Assembly (NCBI GenBank): GCA_040755855.1
Contig: JBFMAD010000001.1
Span: 32,001 to 96,000 of the forward strand
Direction of reading: 5' to 3'
Origin: Planctomycetota bacterium
GTDB taxonomy: Bacteria > Planctomycetota > Brocadiia > JAADGH01
DNA: 64,000 nt
The notes under the pieces are model-generated. The model searched no databases and was not told the DNA's origin. It was given only the letters and a program-made list of their open reading frames with translations. Both the position numbers and the translations under genes were made by a program. The number at the start of each line of letters is the position of its first letter. Position 1 is the stretch's first letter. Of the stretch, positions 19,184 to 32,425 are shown one piece after another.

Positions 19184-20764
19184 ATGAGCAACCAGACCAG
19201 GATGGATTCTGCGGAGGAGGCCCCTGTCCCCTCAGGCGCGGTCGAAGCGGCGCGGCGGGTATTTCTCGTCGGCGGCGTGCTGGGCGCATTGTGGACCGGC
19301 TTTATCTACACGCCGGTCCTCTATTGTGTGAGGGAGCAGGACTTTGAGAAGGACAAGGCGAGAAAGAGCAGCCGCCCCTTCGGCGAGTACTATGCGGAGA
19401 AGTCCCTGGACGCCTTCATTGCCGATGAAACCAAGGACCGGCTCATCCGCGTCGAAGGCGAGAAGTGGAAGAAATTCTTCGACAGCGTCGAAACCGCCAA
19501 CGCCGGGGGCGGTGGGCCGGAATGGGACAAGCGCTTCGGGTCGAGTTACGCGGAGAACAACCTCTACTTCCGGCCCGACGAGAAGCCGCTCGACGAGCTG
19601 TCGAACAAGCTATCCGAGGAGGATGTTTTCTTCTACCTCCTTCTGCAAGACAGCGACAGGACGAGGTATCTGAGCGTCGCCTATGTCCACTCCACGGACC
19701 TGCACATTGCGCCCTGGGCGGTGTCGAGGCCGCTGCGCGCCTGGAGCCCGGCCTTTCTTCTCGTGGGGCTTCTGGCCTATATATTTCTTCCCTGGCCCAG
19801 ACATCCGGCAAGCGCCATTCGCTACAGCCTGATTCGCGGCGGCATCCTGCCCGACATCGTCGGCGTCGGCGTGGCGGGCGTATTCTTTGCGCTGCCCATT
19901 CTCGTCCTGTCGGGGGGCGGCGGGCCGCGTATCGGAGGCGCGCCGCTCGACTTCTCGACAGGTGCGGCTTATTTCACGCTCGTCTTCTGGGCGATGGGAC
20001 TCTTTGCGATTGCGATCATCGCGGTCGCGGCCTCGTATTGCTCGTATCAGGTCGTGGTCCTTTCGGACGGGCTCCGCGCCTCCTCTCTGTCCGGCGTTCG
20101 GGAGGTCCGCTTCTCCGATATCGAAAGGGTGGAATTGATCGAATACAGACTTCCGCGCTGGATGCTCTACGTGGCCCTTCTGGCGAGAAATCCCTCCCTT
20201 GCCGGGCTGACGATGGACGTGCAGAGCGGCATCAGCATCCGGCTCAAGAACGGCGAGATGTGGCGTCTCTGGCTCAGGGGGCTGATTGGCGAGGAGCGGC
20301 TCCTTCCCGCGTTGCGGGCGGGAGGCGTAACAATCGCCCCTGAATTGGAGGAACTGGTGGGGCAGGATGCCGGCGAGGCGTCGGGCGAGGACGCATCGCC
20401 TTCGCCAAGGCGATGGCTGATCCAGGCGATCTTCGGCGCGCTGACTGTCGTGTTTTGCGTGTGGCTGTATTCCTGGCTCGGCGAGCCCCCGCCGGTTCAC
20501 AGGCCGCCGATCGAAACGGCCCTGCCGTCGGCCGTGATCCTGCGCGAGCAGAGCAGACTGATGGGTGAAATGGACAAGGTGCAGAAGGCCCTTGCATCGG
20601 TCGTGCAGCGCATGCAGAAGGCCCGCCCGGAGGAGTCCGACGGGCTGATGCGCGAGGCGGAGGATCTGAAGAAAAAATTCGACGAACTCCACGAAGAGTT
20701 CCAGGCGCTCTCCAAACCCAAGGCGGCGCCGAAACCGGAAGACCGTGGGCATAATCCGGGCTGA
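19184..20764 (+). CDS. Hypothetical multi-pass membrane protein with C-terminal coiled coil
   Basis: Several hydrophobic segments and a heptad-like charged tail. Confidence 0.6.
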   Translation: MSNQTRMDSAEEAPVPSGAVEAARRVFLVGGVLGALWTGFIYTPVLYCVREQDFEKDKARKSSRPFGEYYAEKSLDAFIADETKDRLIRVEGEKWKKFFDSVETANAGGGGPEWDKRFGSSYAENNLYFRPDEKPLDELSNKLSEEDVFFYLLLQDSDRTRYLSVAYVHSTDLHIAPWAVSRPLRAWSPAFLLVGLLAYIFLPWPRHPASAIRYSLIRGGILPDIVGVGVAGVFFALPILVLSGGGGPRIGGAPLDFSTGAAYFTLVFWAMGLFAIAIIAVAASYCSYQVVVLSDGLRASSLSGVREVRFSDIERVELIEYRLPRWMLYVALLARNPSLAGLTMDVQSGISIRLKNGEMWRLWLRGLIGEERLLPALRAGGVTIAPELEELVGQDAGEASGEDASPSPRRWLIQAIFGALTVVFCVWLYSWLGEPPPVHRPPIETALPSAVILREQSRLMGEMDKVQKALASVVQRMQKARPEESDGLMREAEDLKKKFDELHEEFQALSKPKAAPKPEDRGHNPG

Positions 20765-20780
20765 TGCACGGAACATCATC

Positions 20781-20809
20781 TTCACTTGCTGCGCCCGTTG
20801 TGGTAAACT
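20781..20809 (+). promoter_or_regulatory. Promoter for rlmN, probably giving a leaderless mRNA
   Basis: TTCACT-17 bp-TAAACT with extended TG; ATG lies 6 nt after the -10 box; no SD sequence. Confidence 0.45.
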
Positions 20810-20815
20810 GATGTC

Positions 20816-21856
20816 ATGGTTCCCGAACCCGCAGAACAATCCCTGGCTTTGGTTCTTCCGGACCCGGCGGAGGTGCGGCGCGTAATCGAAAAGATCGGCG
20901 CGCCGAAGTACCGGGCCAGACAGGTCCTCTGCTGGATCTACAGCCGCCGCGCCCAGGGCTTTGAGGAAATGACCGATCTGCCGGCGGACCTCCGCAAAGC
21001 GCTCGCCGAGCGCATCTCGGTCCAACCGCTTAAGATCATCAAGATGCAGACGTCGCAGATTGACGACACGACCAAGTTCCTTTTCGAGCTGCTCGACGGC
21101 AACCGGATCGAGAGCGTCTTCCTCCGCGACGGCCGGCGCAAGACAGCCTGCATCTCCACGCAGGTCGGCTGTCCCCTTGCGTGCCAGTTCTGCGCCACGG
21201 GCAAGGGCGGGTTTGTCCGCGACCTGTCGCCCGCGGAGATCGTGCACCAGGTCCTCGCCATGGAACGGGCGCGGGAGCGGGTGACGAGCATCGTCTTCAT
21301 GGGCATGGGCGAGGCGCTCCTGAACACCGACGCGGTCATCGGGGCCATCGAGATCCTCACATCGAAGGACGGCCTTGGCATCTCGTCGAAGCGCATTACC
21401 GTCTCGACGAGCGGCGTTATCCCGGGCATCAAGCGCCTCGCGGAAAGCCCGGTGAAGGTGAACCTGGCCTGGTCGCTGAACTCGCCCTTCAACGGCGAGC
21501 GATCCAAACTGATGCCCGTGAACAAACGCTATCCCATCGAGCCGGTGATGCAGGCGCTCAAGGACTACGCCGCTGTCTCGGGCCGGGAGGTGTCCGTCGA
21601 ATATGTGGTCCTCGAGGGGGTGAACATGTCGCGCGACCACGCCGAGGCCCTGGCGGAGATCGCCAAAGAGATCGGCGCGAAGGTGAACCTGATCTCCTAT
21701 AACCAGATCGAGGACGAACGGTTCGCGACGCCCCCTCCCGAGGATGTGGTCCGATTTCGCCATCACGTGAAATCGGCGGGCGTCTTCGTCACGATCCGTT
21801 TCCGCCGCGGGCGGGACATTGCCGCCGCCTGCGGGCAGCTCAGAGCGAGGGATTGA
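20816..21856 (+). CDS. rlmN: 23S rRNA (adenine2503-C2)/tRNA methyltransferase RlmN
   Basis: CISTQVGCPLACQFCATG, VFMGMGE, DIAAACGQL. Confidence 0.95.
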   Translation: MVPEPAEQSLALVLPDPAEVRRVIEKIGAPKYRARQVLCWIYSRRAQGFEEMTDLPADLRKALAERISVQPLKIIKMQTSQIDDTTKFLFELLDGNRIESVFLRDGRRKTACISTQVGCPLACQFCATGKGGFVRDLSPAEIVHQVLAMERARERVTSIVFMGMGEALLNTDAVIGAIEILTSKDGLGISSKRITVSTSGVIPGIKRLAESPVKVNLAWSLNSPFNGERSKLMPVNKRYPIEPVMQALKDYAAVSGREVSVEYVVLEGVNMSRDHAEALAEIAKEIGAKVNLISYNQIEDERFATPPPEDVVRFRHHVKSAGVFVTIRFRRGRDIAAACGQLRARD

Positions 21857-22504
21857 ATGGCGTCGAAGCTGAAACTCGTGGCCTTCGACATCGAAGGGAC
21901 CCTGACCGTTGATCCAACAATTTGGGAGATCATGCACCGCAAGCTGGGCACGTGGGAGAGCCACGGCTGCCCCTATTGGGAGCGCTTCCGGCGCGGCGAG
22001 TTCGACTATGACACCTTTGCGAGAATGGACGTGGGCGTCTGGAGGGGCGCGCCGTATGAGTTGCTCCGCAAATCGGCCCAGGAGGTGGGATACGTCCCCG
22101 GCTGCGGCGAGGTCATGCGGGAGCTGCACGGGCGCGGGGTTATGGTCTGCGCCATCTCGTGCGGGCTGGACGTCCTGTCGCAGCGGATGAGCGATGAGTT
22201 CGGCATCGAGCACCACTTCGCCAACACGGCCGTACACGACAACGGGACGCTGTCCGGCGAGCTGCGGATCAACGTGCCCTTCGGAGAGAAGGGGCGGGTC
22301 CTTCGCGAGTTCCTCGAGAGAATGAACATCCGCCCGGAGCATGTGGCGGCGGTGGGCGATCACTATATTGACATCCCGATGTTCGAGCTGTCGGGGTTTT
22401 CCATCGCATTCAACTCAAACGAGCCCGAGACGAATCAGGCCGCGACGCGCCGCGTGACGGCGGATAGCCTGACGGCGATCCTCAAGCATCTGCCGCTTTC
22501 GTGA
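21857..22504 (+). CDS. HAD-IB phosphatase, phosphoserine phosphatase-like
   Basis: AFDIEGT, AISCG, FANT, EKG, AVGDHYID. Confidence 0.8.
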   Translation: MASKLKLVAFDIEGTLTVDPTIWEIMHRKLGTWESHGCPYWERFRRGEFDYDTFARMDVGVWRGAPYELLRKSAQEVGYVPGCGEVMRELHGRGVMVCAISCGLDVLSQRMSDEFGIEHHFANTAVHDNGTLSGELRINVPFGEKGRVLREFLERMNIRPEHVAAVGDHYIDIPMFELSGFSIAFNSNEPETNQAATRRVTADSLTAILKHLPLS

Positions 22505-22538
22505 GAATCGGAGGTTTTGATCAGGGAAGGGTAAGCCC

Positions 22539-24056
22539 ATGCCGATCCAGACGATGTGTCCGCAGTGCAGTCAGCCGTACAATCTGAAGGACGACCTTGC
22601 CGGCAAGACGGTGAAGTGCAAGAAGTGCGGCCGGACGTTCACCATACCGAAGGCCGGCCCCCCCTCTGCCACGCCTCCCGCCCAGCCACAGCCGGCGCCC
22701 CCACCGACGGGCGCGGAAATCCAGTTCACTTGTCCGCAATGCGGCGGCAAGGTGAGCATCACACCGGATATCCAAGGGCAAGCGGTCACCTGCCCCTACT
22801 GCAACAAGATAGTTACCGCCCCAGGCGAGGAGACGCCTGAGGCGATAGCGGCAGCGCTCGCGCGCGAGGCGGCGGCCCACCCACCCGCGCCGCCCATGCC
22901 GCCAACGCCCCCTCCCGCCGAGGCGCCGCCCCCGGCGCAGCAGCCCGCCCCGCCGCCTGTGCGGCCTGCGCCTGTCGCCGGCCAGCAACCGCCCGCGCCC
23001 CCGCAGCCGGAGGCGCAGGCCGAGGAGGCCAAGGGCGGTGGATTCTTCAAGAAGGCGCTCATCACCCTCGCGGCGCTTTTAGTCGTCATCGGGATCGGCC
23101 TGGGCGGCATGTTCGGCTATCGGCATCTCCACGAGATGAACCCCGCCACGCACCTGCAGCGCGCGAAGGAGGCCATGAACGCCTCGAACTTCGACGCGGC
23201 AAAAAGGGAATTTGAAAAGGCGATTGAGCTGAAAAAGGATGGCCCGTATATCGAGGCGGAAGTCGGACTGGCGGAAATGTTCGAAAAAACCAACCAGCCG
23301 GAGGAGGCCATCAAGGCATACAAGAAACTCATCGAGCTGGACAAGGGCAATACCGCCCACTACCAAACACTCGGAAAAATCTACGAGAATCAGGGCAAAC
23401 GCAAGGAGGCCATCGAAATCTATGAAGGGGCCGTAGTCATCCGGAAGGATGATCCGGCCGGCTACCGCAGCCTGGCGGAGGTGTGCATCAAATGGGCGGA
23501 CGAGTGCAAGGACCCGAAGGAGGCCGCCTTCTTCATTGACAAGGCCATCGTGATGTGCAACGAGATTCTACGGCTGGAGCCGAAGGACGATGCGACGGTC
23601 GTCGCCTCCGGCTTTCTGCTCATGAAGAAAGGCGATGCGCCAAAGGCCGAGGTCCGCTTCAAGGAGGCGCTCAAGATCAACAAGGACAACGCCAGGGCGC
23701 ACCACGGTCTCGGCCAACTCTATAAGAACCGGGCCTTCTATGAACCCGCGTTTCAAGAGATGCAGGAGGCCCTTCGTCTCGACCGCAGCCTCATGGATGC
23801 GCGTCTGGACATCGCCGAAATCTATGTCACGCTGGGAAAAGGGAACGAAGCCGTCGCGTGGTGCAAGAACGTCGCCGACATGCTGCCCAAGAGCTCCAAG
23901 GCCCACCAATACCTGGGGAACGTGTATTTCAACAACAACATGCTCGACGAGGCCGCCACCGCGCTGAAGAAGGCCTGCGACCTCGACCCCGGCAATGCGG
24001 AGGCGCAAACCCTGTTCACCCAGGTCCAGCAGCGTGGAGGCAAGCCGAAAAAGTAG
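22539..24056 (+). CDS. Double zinc-ribbon, Pro-rich linker, single TM, tetratricopeptide-repeat protein
   Basis: CPQC..CKKC and CPQC..CPYC, poly-Pro linker, one TM helix, multiple TPR units. Confidence 0.85.
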   Translation: MPIQTMCPQCSQPYNLKDDLAGKTVKCKKCGRTFTIPKAGPPSATPPAQPQPAPPPTGAEIQFTCPQCGGKVSITPDIQGQAVTCPYCNKIVTAPGEETPEAIAAALAREAAAHPPAPPMPPTPPPAEAPPPAQQPAPPPVRPAPVAGQQPPAPPQPEAQAEEAKGGGFFKKALITLAALLVVIGIGLGGMFGYRHLHEMNPATHLQRAKEAMNASNFDAAKREFEKAIELKKDGPYIEAEVGLAEMFEKTNQPEEAIKAYKKLIELDKGNTAHYQTLGKIYENQGKRKEAIEIYEGAVVIRKDDPAGYRSLAEVCIKWADECKDPKEAAFFIDKAIVMCNEILRLEPKDDATVVASGFLLMKKGDAPKAEVRFKEALKINKDNARAHHGLGQLYKNRAFYEPAFQEMQEALRLDRSLMDARLDIAEIYVTLGKGNEAVAWCKNVADMLPKSSKAHQYLGNVYFNNNMLDEAATALKKACDLDPGNAEAQTLFTQVQQRGGKPKK

Positions 24057-24086
24057 GCGGACATCACAGCCTCGACCTAAAAACTG

Positions 24087-24115
24087 TTGACAATAAGAGG
24101 GCGCAACGCTAACAT
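24087..24115 (+). promoter_or_regulatory. Sigma70 promoter of the gltX operon
   Basis: TTGACA-17 bp-TAACAT. Confidence 0.65.
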
Positions 24116-24165
24116 GATGGTCTTATGGTCCGACCATCGGGCCTTACCCATAGTGAGGATGCTTC

Positions 24166-25488
24166 ATGTCGCAACAGACCGTGCGAGTTCGCTTTGCGCC
24201 AAGCCCGACGGGATTTCTCCATATCGGCAACGCGCGGACCGCCCTCTACAACTGGCTCTTCGCCCGGCACGAGCGGGGCGTGTTCATCCTCCGCATCGAG
24301 GACACCGACCGCGTCCGCTCCACCCAGGAGGCGATCGCGAAGATCTTCGACGCCATGAAATGGCTCGGCCTCGACTGGGACGAGGGACCGTACTTCCAGA
24401 GCGAGCGCCTCGACCTCTACCGCGAGTGGGCCAAGAAGCTCCTCGACGCCGGCAAGGCATACGAGTCCACCGACGCGGAGAAGGGCACGGCCATCAAGTT
24501 CCGCATGGAGCACGCCGCTGCGGGATTCGACGACCTGCTGCACGGACGGATCAACTTCGATGCGTCGCTCATCGAGGATTTTGTCCTCCTGAAATCCGAC
24601 GGATTCCCGACCTACAACTTCGCGTGCGTCGTGGACGACTGCCTGATGAAGATCACGCACGTGATCCGGGGCGACGATCATATATCCAACACGCCCAAGC
24701 AGTTAGCGTTGTTCGCGGCCTTCGGCGCCGAGCCGCCGAAGTACGTCCACCTGCCCATGATCCACAAGGAGGGCGGCGGCAAGGAGAGCAAGCGCGAGGG
24801 CGCGCAGTTCGTCGGGACCTACCGCGAGGCGGGATTTTTGTCGGATGCGCTTGTTAACTTCCTGGCGCTCCTGGGGTGGTATCCCGGCGAGGACAAGGAG
24901 GTCATCTCGCGTCAGGAGATGATCGCCCGGTTCACGCTCGAGGGCCTGAGCAAGACGCCATCGCAGTTCAACCTGGCCAAACTGGAGTGGATGAACGGCG
25001 CATACATCCGGGCCATGTCGCCGGCGGAACTTGCGGCGCAGCTCGACCCGTTCCTGCAGGGAGCGGGCATTGTGATTGACGAGTCGAGGCGTGAGTGGTT
25101 CGTGCAACTTGTCGCGCTCTACCAGGAGCGCCTCAAGAACCTGAGCGAGTTCGCGGAGAAGACGCGCTTCTTCTTCAGCGACGATTTTGAGTACGAACCG
25201 GACGCGGTCGAGAAGGTCCTGAAGAAGGACTCGGCGGCAGCCGTCCTGAGGGAGTCCCGCGCGGCCGTGGCTGCGTTGAACGATCTCTCGATCGAGGCGT
25301 TGGAGGGCAGTCTGCGCGGCGTGGCGGAGAGGCTCGGCGTGGGCTTCAAGAAGGTCGCCCAGCCGCTCCGTGTGGCCGTGACCGGCGGGACGGCGAGCGC
25401 CGGGCTGTTCGAGACGATGGCCCTGCTGGGCAAGGAAACGGTCCTCCGGCGCGTGGATAGAGTTATTGAGAAGCTGAACTCTCTGTAG
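24166..25488 (+). CDS. gltX: Glutamate--tRNA ligase
   Basis: RFAPSPTGFLHIG, LRIEDTD, PTYNFA, THVIRGDDH, anticodon domain QPLRVAVTG. Confidence 0.95.
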   Translation: MSQQTVRVRFAPSPTGFLHIGNARTALYNWLFARHERGVFILRIEDTDRVRSTQEAIAKIFDAMKWLGLDWDEGPYFQSERLDLYREWAKKLLDAGKAYESTDAEKGTAIKFRMEHAAAGFDDLLHGRINFDASLIEDFVLLKSDGFPTYNFACVVDDCLMKITHVIRGDDHISNTPKQLALFAAFGAEPPKYVHLPMIHKEGGGKESKREGAQFVGTYREAGFLSDALVNFLALLGWYPGEDKEVISRQEMIARFTLEGLSKTPSQFNLAKLEWMNGAYIRAMSPAELAAQLDPFLQGAGIVIDESRREWFVQLVALYQERLKNLSEFAEKTRFFFSDDFEYEPDAVEKVLKKDSAAAVLRESRAAVAALNDLSIEALEGSLRGVAERLGVGFKKVAQPLRVAVTGGTASAGLFETMALLGKETVLRRVDRVIEKLNSL

Positions 25489-25497
25489 AGGGATCGC

Positions 25498-26403
25498 ATG
25501 TCTTCGCTCTTGGTGGTTGGCTCGGTTGCGTTGGACACGGTGGAGACGCCGCACGGGAAGTTGGAGGGCGGCCTCGGGGGGTCGGCCGTGTATTTCTCCT
25601 ATGCGGCCAGTTTCTTCACCCGCGTCCGACTGGTCGGCGTGGTCGGCAGGGATTTCCCGAAGAAATTCGTTGATCTGATCAAGGGCCGCAACGTGGACGC
25701 CGCCGGCCTGCAGATCGTTGACGGAAAGACGTTCCGATGGAGCGGGGCCTATGAGGGGGCCATGAGCCAAGCCGAGACGAAGCGGGTGGAACTGAACGTC
25801 TTCGGCGATTTCCAGCCGGAGATCCCGGAGTCGTTCCGCGATTCGGAGTTCGTCTTCCTGGCCAACGGCAGCCCCGTGACCCAGAAGCATGTCCTCGAAC
25901 AGATGACGAACCCGAAATTCGCGGTGGCCGACACGATGAACCTGTGGATCGAGACGACGCGCGACGCGCTCCTCGATCTCCTGAAGGTCGTGGACGGCAT
26001 CGTCCTCAACGACGGAGAGGCGCGGATGCTCACCGGGGAACCGAACCTTCTCCGGGCCGCCCGGAGGATTCAGGCCCTGGGACCGCGACTCGTGGTCGTC
26101 AAGAAGGGCGAACACGGGGCGATGCTGGTCTCCGAGGACATGGTCCTTGCCCTGCCGGCCTACCCCGTCGAGACGGTCAAGGACCCGACGGGCGCGGGCG
26201 ACAGCTTCGCCGGCGGCATGATGGGATACCTCGCCGAGCGCGGGCAGGTCAGCGACGGCAGCCTGAAGAAGGCCCTGGCCTACGGAACAATGTGCGCGTC
26301 GTTCAACGTCGAGGACTTCAGTCTTAACCGATTTCAGCAGATCGAGCGGCGGGATATTGACGAGCGCCTTGACGAATACCTTTCAATGTTGCGGATCAAA
26401 TGA
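25498..26403 (+). CDS. PfkB-family carbohydrate/nucleoside kinase
   Basis: VGSVALD, LGGSA, KKGEHG, DPTGAGDSFAGG. Confidence 0.9.
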   Translation: MSSLLVVGSVALDTVETPHGKLEGGLGGSAVYFSYAASFFTRVRLVGVVGRDFPKKFVDLIKGRNVDAAGLQIVDGKTFRWSGAYEGAMSQAETKRVELNVFGDFQPEIPESFRDSEFVFLANGSPVTQKHVLEQMTNPKFAVADTMNLWIETTRDALLDLLKVVDGIVLNDGEARMLTGEPNLLRAARRIQALGPRLVVVKKGEHGAMLVSEDMVLALPAYPVETVKDPTGAGDSFAGGMMGYLAERGQVSDGSLKKALAYGTMCASFNVEDFSLNRFQQIERRDIDERLDEYLSMLRIK

Positions 26404-26981
26404 AACAAATCCGAAGTTTTGTGGCCGTGCATCTAAACGACGCGACCCGCGCCGCCATCGGGGAGGCGCAGGGGAGGCTGAAGGCGTCCGGCGCGAAGGT
26501 GAGCTGGGTCCGGCCCGAGGCCATGCACCTGACGCTCAAATTCCTCGGCGACATTGACGCGGAGAAGGTGTCGGACTTCGCCGGGGCGCTTGACGAGGCG
26601 GCCCAAAACACCGAACCTTTCCGCTTCGCCGTCCGCGGATTGGGGGCCCTGCCGAGGCTGGAGCGCCCACGGGTGATCTATGCGGGGGTGATCGACGAAG
26701 GAGGGGTTCTGGCGCCCCTGGCCGGCGCCGTGGACGAGTGGATGGCGGAACTCGGTGTGGGGCGGGAGGACCGCGACTTCAAGGCGCACATCACCCTGGG
26801 GCGGGTGAAATCCCCGAAGGGTACCGGGACGCTTATTGACATGGTCCGCGCCGGAGCGGAGGATGACTACGGTTCTGTAGAGGTGGACCGTGTCTATCTG
26901 ATGATGAGCGAGCTCAGGCCCGCCGGAGCGGAGTACACCGTCTTGCACGAGGCAAGACTTCAGGCAAAACAGGGGGAGTGA
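26400..26981 (+). CDS. thpR: RNA 2',3'-cyclic phosphodiesterase (2H family)
   Basis: Two HxT motifs (HLTLKFLG, HITLGR); located upstream of recA as usual. Confidence 0.9.
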   Translation: MKQIRSFVAVHLNDATRAAIGEAQGRLKASGAKVSWVRPEAMHLTLKFLGDIDAEKVSDFAGALDEAAQNTEPFRFAVRGLGALPRLERPRVIYAGVIDEGGVLAPLAGAVDEWMAELGVGREDRDFKAHITLGRVKSPKGTGTLIDMVRAGAEDDYGSVEVDRVYLMMSELRPAGAEYTVLHEARLQAKQGE

Positions 26982-27025
26982 CCCCATGGACAACCCAGTT
27001 CCCTTGAGAGGAGCGGAGCGACAAC

Positions 27026-28102
27026 ATGGCAAAGAATGACAAGCAAGAGAATGGCGAGGACAAACAGCGGCAGCAGGCGCTGGAGCGGGCCGTGTCGCAG
27101 ATCGAGAAGCAATTCGGCAAGGGCAGCATCATGAAACTGGGCGAGGGGGTCGTCATGGATGTCCCCGCCATCAGCACCGGCGCGCTTTCGCTCGACCTTG
27201 CCCTGGGGGTCGGCGGCATCCCGCGCGGGCGGGTGACGGAGATCTACGGCCCCGAGGCCACAGGCAAGACCATGCTCGCCCTCCAGGTGACGGCCAACGC
27301 ACAGCGGGCCGGCGGCGTCGCGGCATTCATTGACGCCGAGCACGCCCTTGACCCTGACTTTGCCCGGCGGCTGGGAGTAAACCTCGACGAGCTTCTGGTC
27401 AACCAGCCCGACAGCGGGGAGCAGGCGCTCGAGATTACCGAGATGCTCGTCCGCAGCAACGCGGTGGATGTCATCACCGTGGACTCGGTGGCGGCGCTCG
27501 TGCCGCGGGCCGAGCTCGCCGGCGAGATGGGCGACGCCACCGTCGGCGCCCAGGCCCGGCTCATGTCGCAGGCCATGCGCAAGCTGACGGCGGCGATCAA
27601 CAAGTCCCGCACGTCGGTGATCTTCGTCAACCAGGTGCGCGAAAAGATCGGCGTCATGTTCGGCAGCCCGGAAACGACCCCCGGCGGGCGCGCCCTGAAG
27701 TTCTACTCCTCTGTCCGCATCGAACTGCGCCGCGTGGGGAGCATCAAGGACGGCGACAGCGTCATCGGCAATCGCGTCCGGGCGAAAGTCCAGAAGAACA
27801 AGGTGGCCGCGCCCTTCAAGTCCGCTGAGTTCGACATACTCTTCGCCTGCGGCATCTCCCGCGAGGGGGACGTGCTCGACCTGGCCATCGGGGCCCAGTT
27901 GGTCGAAAAGAGCGGCGCGTGGTTCTCCTACGGCGACATGCGCCTGGGCCAGGGCCGAGAGCACGCACGAGAGTTCCTGAAAGCAAATGCCGATGTCATG
28001 CAGGAACTGGAGACTAAGTTGAAGGAAATGCGCCTCCCGGCAAAGTCCGCGTCGGAGGAGCCGGAATCGGAGGAAACGGCGACGAATGCGACGAATGAGT
28101 AA
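27026..28102 (+). CDS. recA: Recombinase A
   Basis: [46 protein letters not shown]. Confidence 0.98.
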   Translation: MAKNDKQENGEDKQRQQALERAVSQIEKQFGKGSIMKLGEGVVMDVPAISTGALSLDLALGVGGIPRGRVTEIYGPEATGKTMLALQVTANAQRAGGVAAFIDAEHALDPDFARRLGVNLDELLVNQPDSGEQALEITEMLVRSNAVDVITVDSVAALVPRAELAGEMGDATVGAQARLMSQAMRKLTAAINKSRTSVIFVNQVREKIGVMFGSPETTPGGRALKFYSSVRIELRRVGSIKDGDSVIGNRVRAKVQKNKVAAPFKSAEFDILFACGISREGDVLDLAIGAQLVEKSGAWFSYGDMRLGQGREHAREFLKANADVMQELETKLKEMRLPAKSASEEPESEETATNATNE

Positions 28103-29477
28103 AACCGTCATTTTCATCGTCTTGATCCTCCTGGCCGTCCGTCTGCCGGCGCAGGACGACGCGCTCACGCTGGAGAAGGCCCTCATCGCCGCCAGCGAGA
28201 AGGTCAGCCCCGCCATCGTCAGCATTGACATGACCGGCGCAAAGGGCGTCCTCGAGGACGACTTCTTCGGCGAGGGACAGCAGAGCCAGCGACGGGTCCG
28301 CGGGATGGGATCGGGAGTCATCATTGACGAAGACGGCTTCGTCCTGACCAACGAGCACGTCATCCACGGGGCGAAGAACGTCAGCGTCTTCACTGCCGAC
28401 GGAAAGAAGTTCGAGAACGTGAAGGTGGTGAAGACCGACCCGAAGATTGACCTGGCCGTCCTGAAGATCGAAGCCGACCAGAAGTTCCCCGTCGTGGAAT
28501 GGGGCGATGCGTCGAAGGTGCGGAAGGGCCAGCTCGCCATTGCCTTCGGCAACCCGCTGGGCATCTCCACCGGCGCCGACTCCACCATGACCCTGGGCAT
28601 AGTCAGCGCCCTGAACCGGACCCATATCGAGCGCGACGCGAAGGGGAAGGAAATCAAGAGGCTGGAGAACATGATCCAGACCGACGCCGCCATCAGCATG
28701 GGCAACAGCGGCGGCCCCCTCACCGACATCCAGGGCCGGATCATCGGCATCAACACGATGATCGCCTCGCTCACCGGCGGGTCGGAGGGCATCGGCTTCG
28801 CCGTGCCCTTTGACGACCGCACCAAAAAGATCATCGAAGAGCTCAAGGCCGAGCATGAGGTGGTCTATGGGACAATCGGCGCGGAGTTCCGGGCCATGAC
28901 CCCTGACTTCGCCAATGCGCTGAAGGCCCCGCCCGGCAAGGGCGTCCTGGTCTCCGAGATCGCCGAGGGCGGCCCGGCCGCGAAGGCGGAGATCAAACAG
29001 TTCGACGTGATCCTCTCCTTCGGCGGCGAGGAGGTGAACAAGCCGCGCGACCTCGCGGAGAAGATCGAAAAGTCAAAGGTGGACACCGAGGTCACCATCA
29101 CGCTGATCCGCCGCGGCGAGGAGATGCAGAAGACTGTGGTCATCGCCAAGCGGGAGTTCAAGCGACCCGTTGCGCGGACGCTCGACCCCCGCGGGTGGCG
29201 CGGCCTCCGGGTGGAAAAACTGACCGAGGAAAAGGCCAAGGAGATCGGTCTGGAGGGCAAGAAGGGCGTGCTTGTATCGAAGGTGGAGGTCGGCAGCGCT
29301 GCCTTCGAGGCGGGCATCCGCGCCGGACAGGTGATCCTGGAGGTCCAGTTCAAACCGGTCGAGACGGTGGACGCATTTCACAAGATCGTCGGCGACATCG
29401 CCGATGCGACGGACGCCGCCGTGCTGACTAACGACGGGGCCAAACTCATCAAAGGAACAAGGAAAGAGCAGAAGTAG
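28095..29477 (+). CDS. HtrA/DegP-family serine protease with two PDZ domains
   Basis: Signal peptide, [33 protein letters not shown], two PDZ regions. Confidence 0.9.
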   Translation: MSKTVIFIVLILLAVRLPAQDDALTLEKALIAASEKVSPAIVSIDMTGAKGVLEDDFFGEGQQSQRRVRGMGSGVIIDEDGFVLTNEHVIHGAKNVSVFTADGKKFENVKVVKTDPKIDLAVLKIEADQKFPVVEWGDASKVRKGQLAIAFGNPLGISTGADSTMTLGIVSALNRTHIERDAKGKEIKRLENMIQTDAAISMGNSGGPLTDIQGRIIGINTMIASLTGGSEGIGFAVPFDDRTKKIIEELKAEHEVVYGTIGAEFRAMTPDFANALKAPPGKGVLVSEIAEGGPAAKAEIKQFDVILSFGGEEVNKPRDLAEKIEKSKVDTEVTITLIRRGEEMQKTVVIAKREFKRPVARTLDPRGWRGLRVEKLTEEKAKEIGLEGKKGVLVSKVEVGSAAFEAGIRAGQVILEVQFKPVETVDAFHKIVGDIADATDAAVLTNDGAKLIKGTRKEQK

Positions 29478-29481
29478 TCGC

Positions 29482-32127
<2,646 letters not shown>

Positions 32128-32142
32128 CGCGTCAGTTTTTGC

Positions 32143-32171
32143 TTGACAATTTGGGGAGTGAGTCATAGAAT
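32143..32171 (+). promoter_or_regulatory. Sigma70 promoter of the rpmF-plsX-fab operon
   Basis: TTGACA-17 bp-TAGAAT. Confidence 0.7.
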
Positions 32172-32245
32172 ATGCTGTTTTCGCTACGTAAGACGCGCAT
32201 CGCCGGCGCGAGGGGGATAATCGGGCGATCTTGAGGAGTAAATAG

Positions 32246-32422
32246 ATGGCTCTGCCAAAACGAAGACATTCAAATGCGAGGACCCGCAAGCGGCGGACTC
32301 ACGATGCTCTGAAGAGGCCGTCGTTGTCGGTCTGTCCCCAGTGCAACCAAACAAAACGGCCGCACAGAGTCTGCTCCAACTGCGGCTACTACCACGGCAG
32401 GACAGTCGTAAAGAGGTCTTGA
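32246..32422 (+). CDS. rpmF: 50S ribosomal protein L32 (Zn-binding form; absent from the ORF track)
   Basis: Translated by hand: MALPKRRHSNARTRKRRTHDALKRPSLSVCPQCNQTKRPHRVCSNCGYYHGRTVVKRS; RBS GAGGAG. Confidence 0.95.
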   Translation: MALPKRRHSNARTRKRRTHDALKRPSLSVCPQCNQTKRPHRVCSNCGYYHGRTVVKRS

Positions 32423-32425
32423 GGA

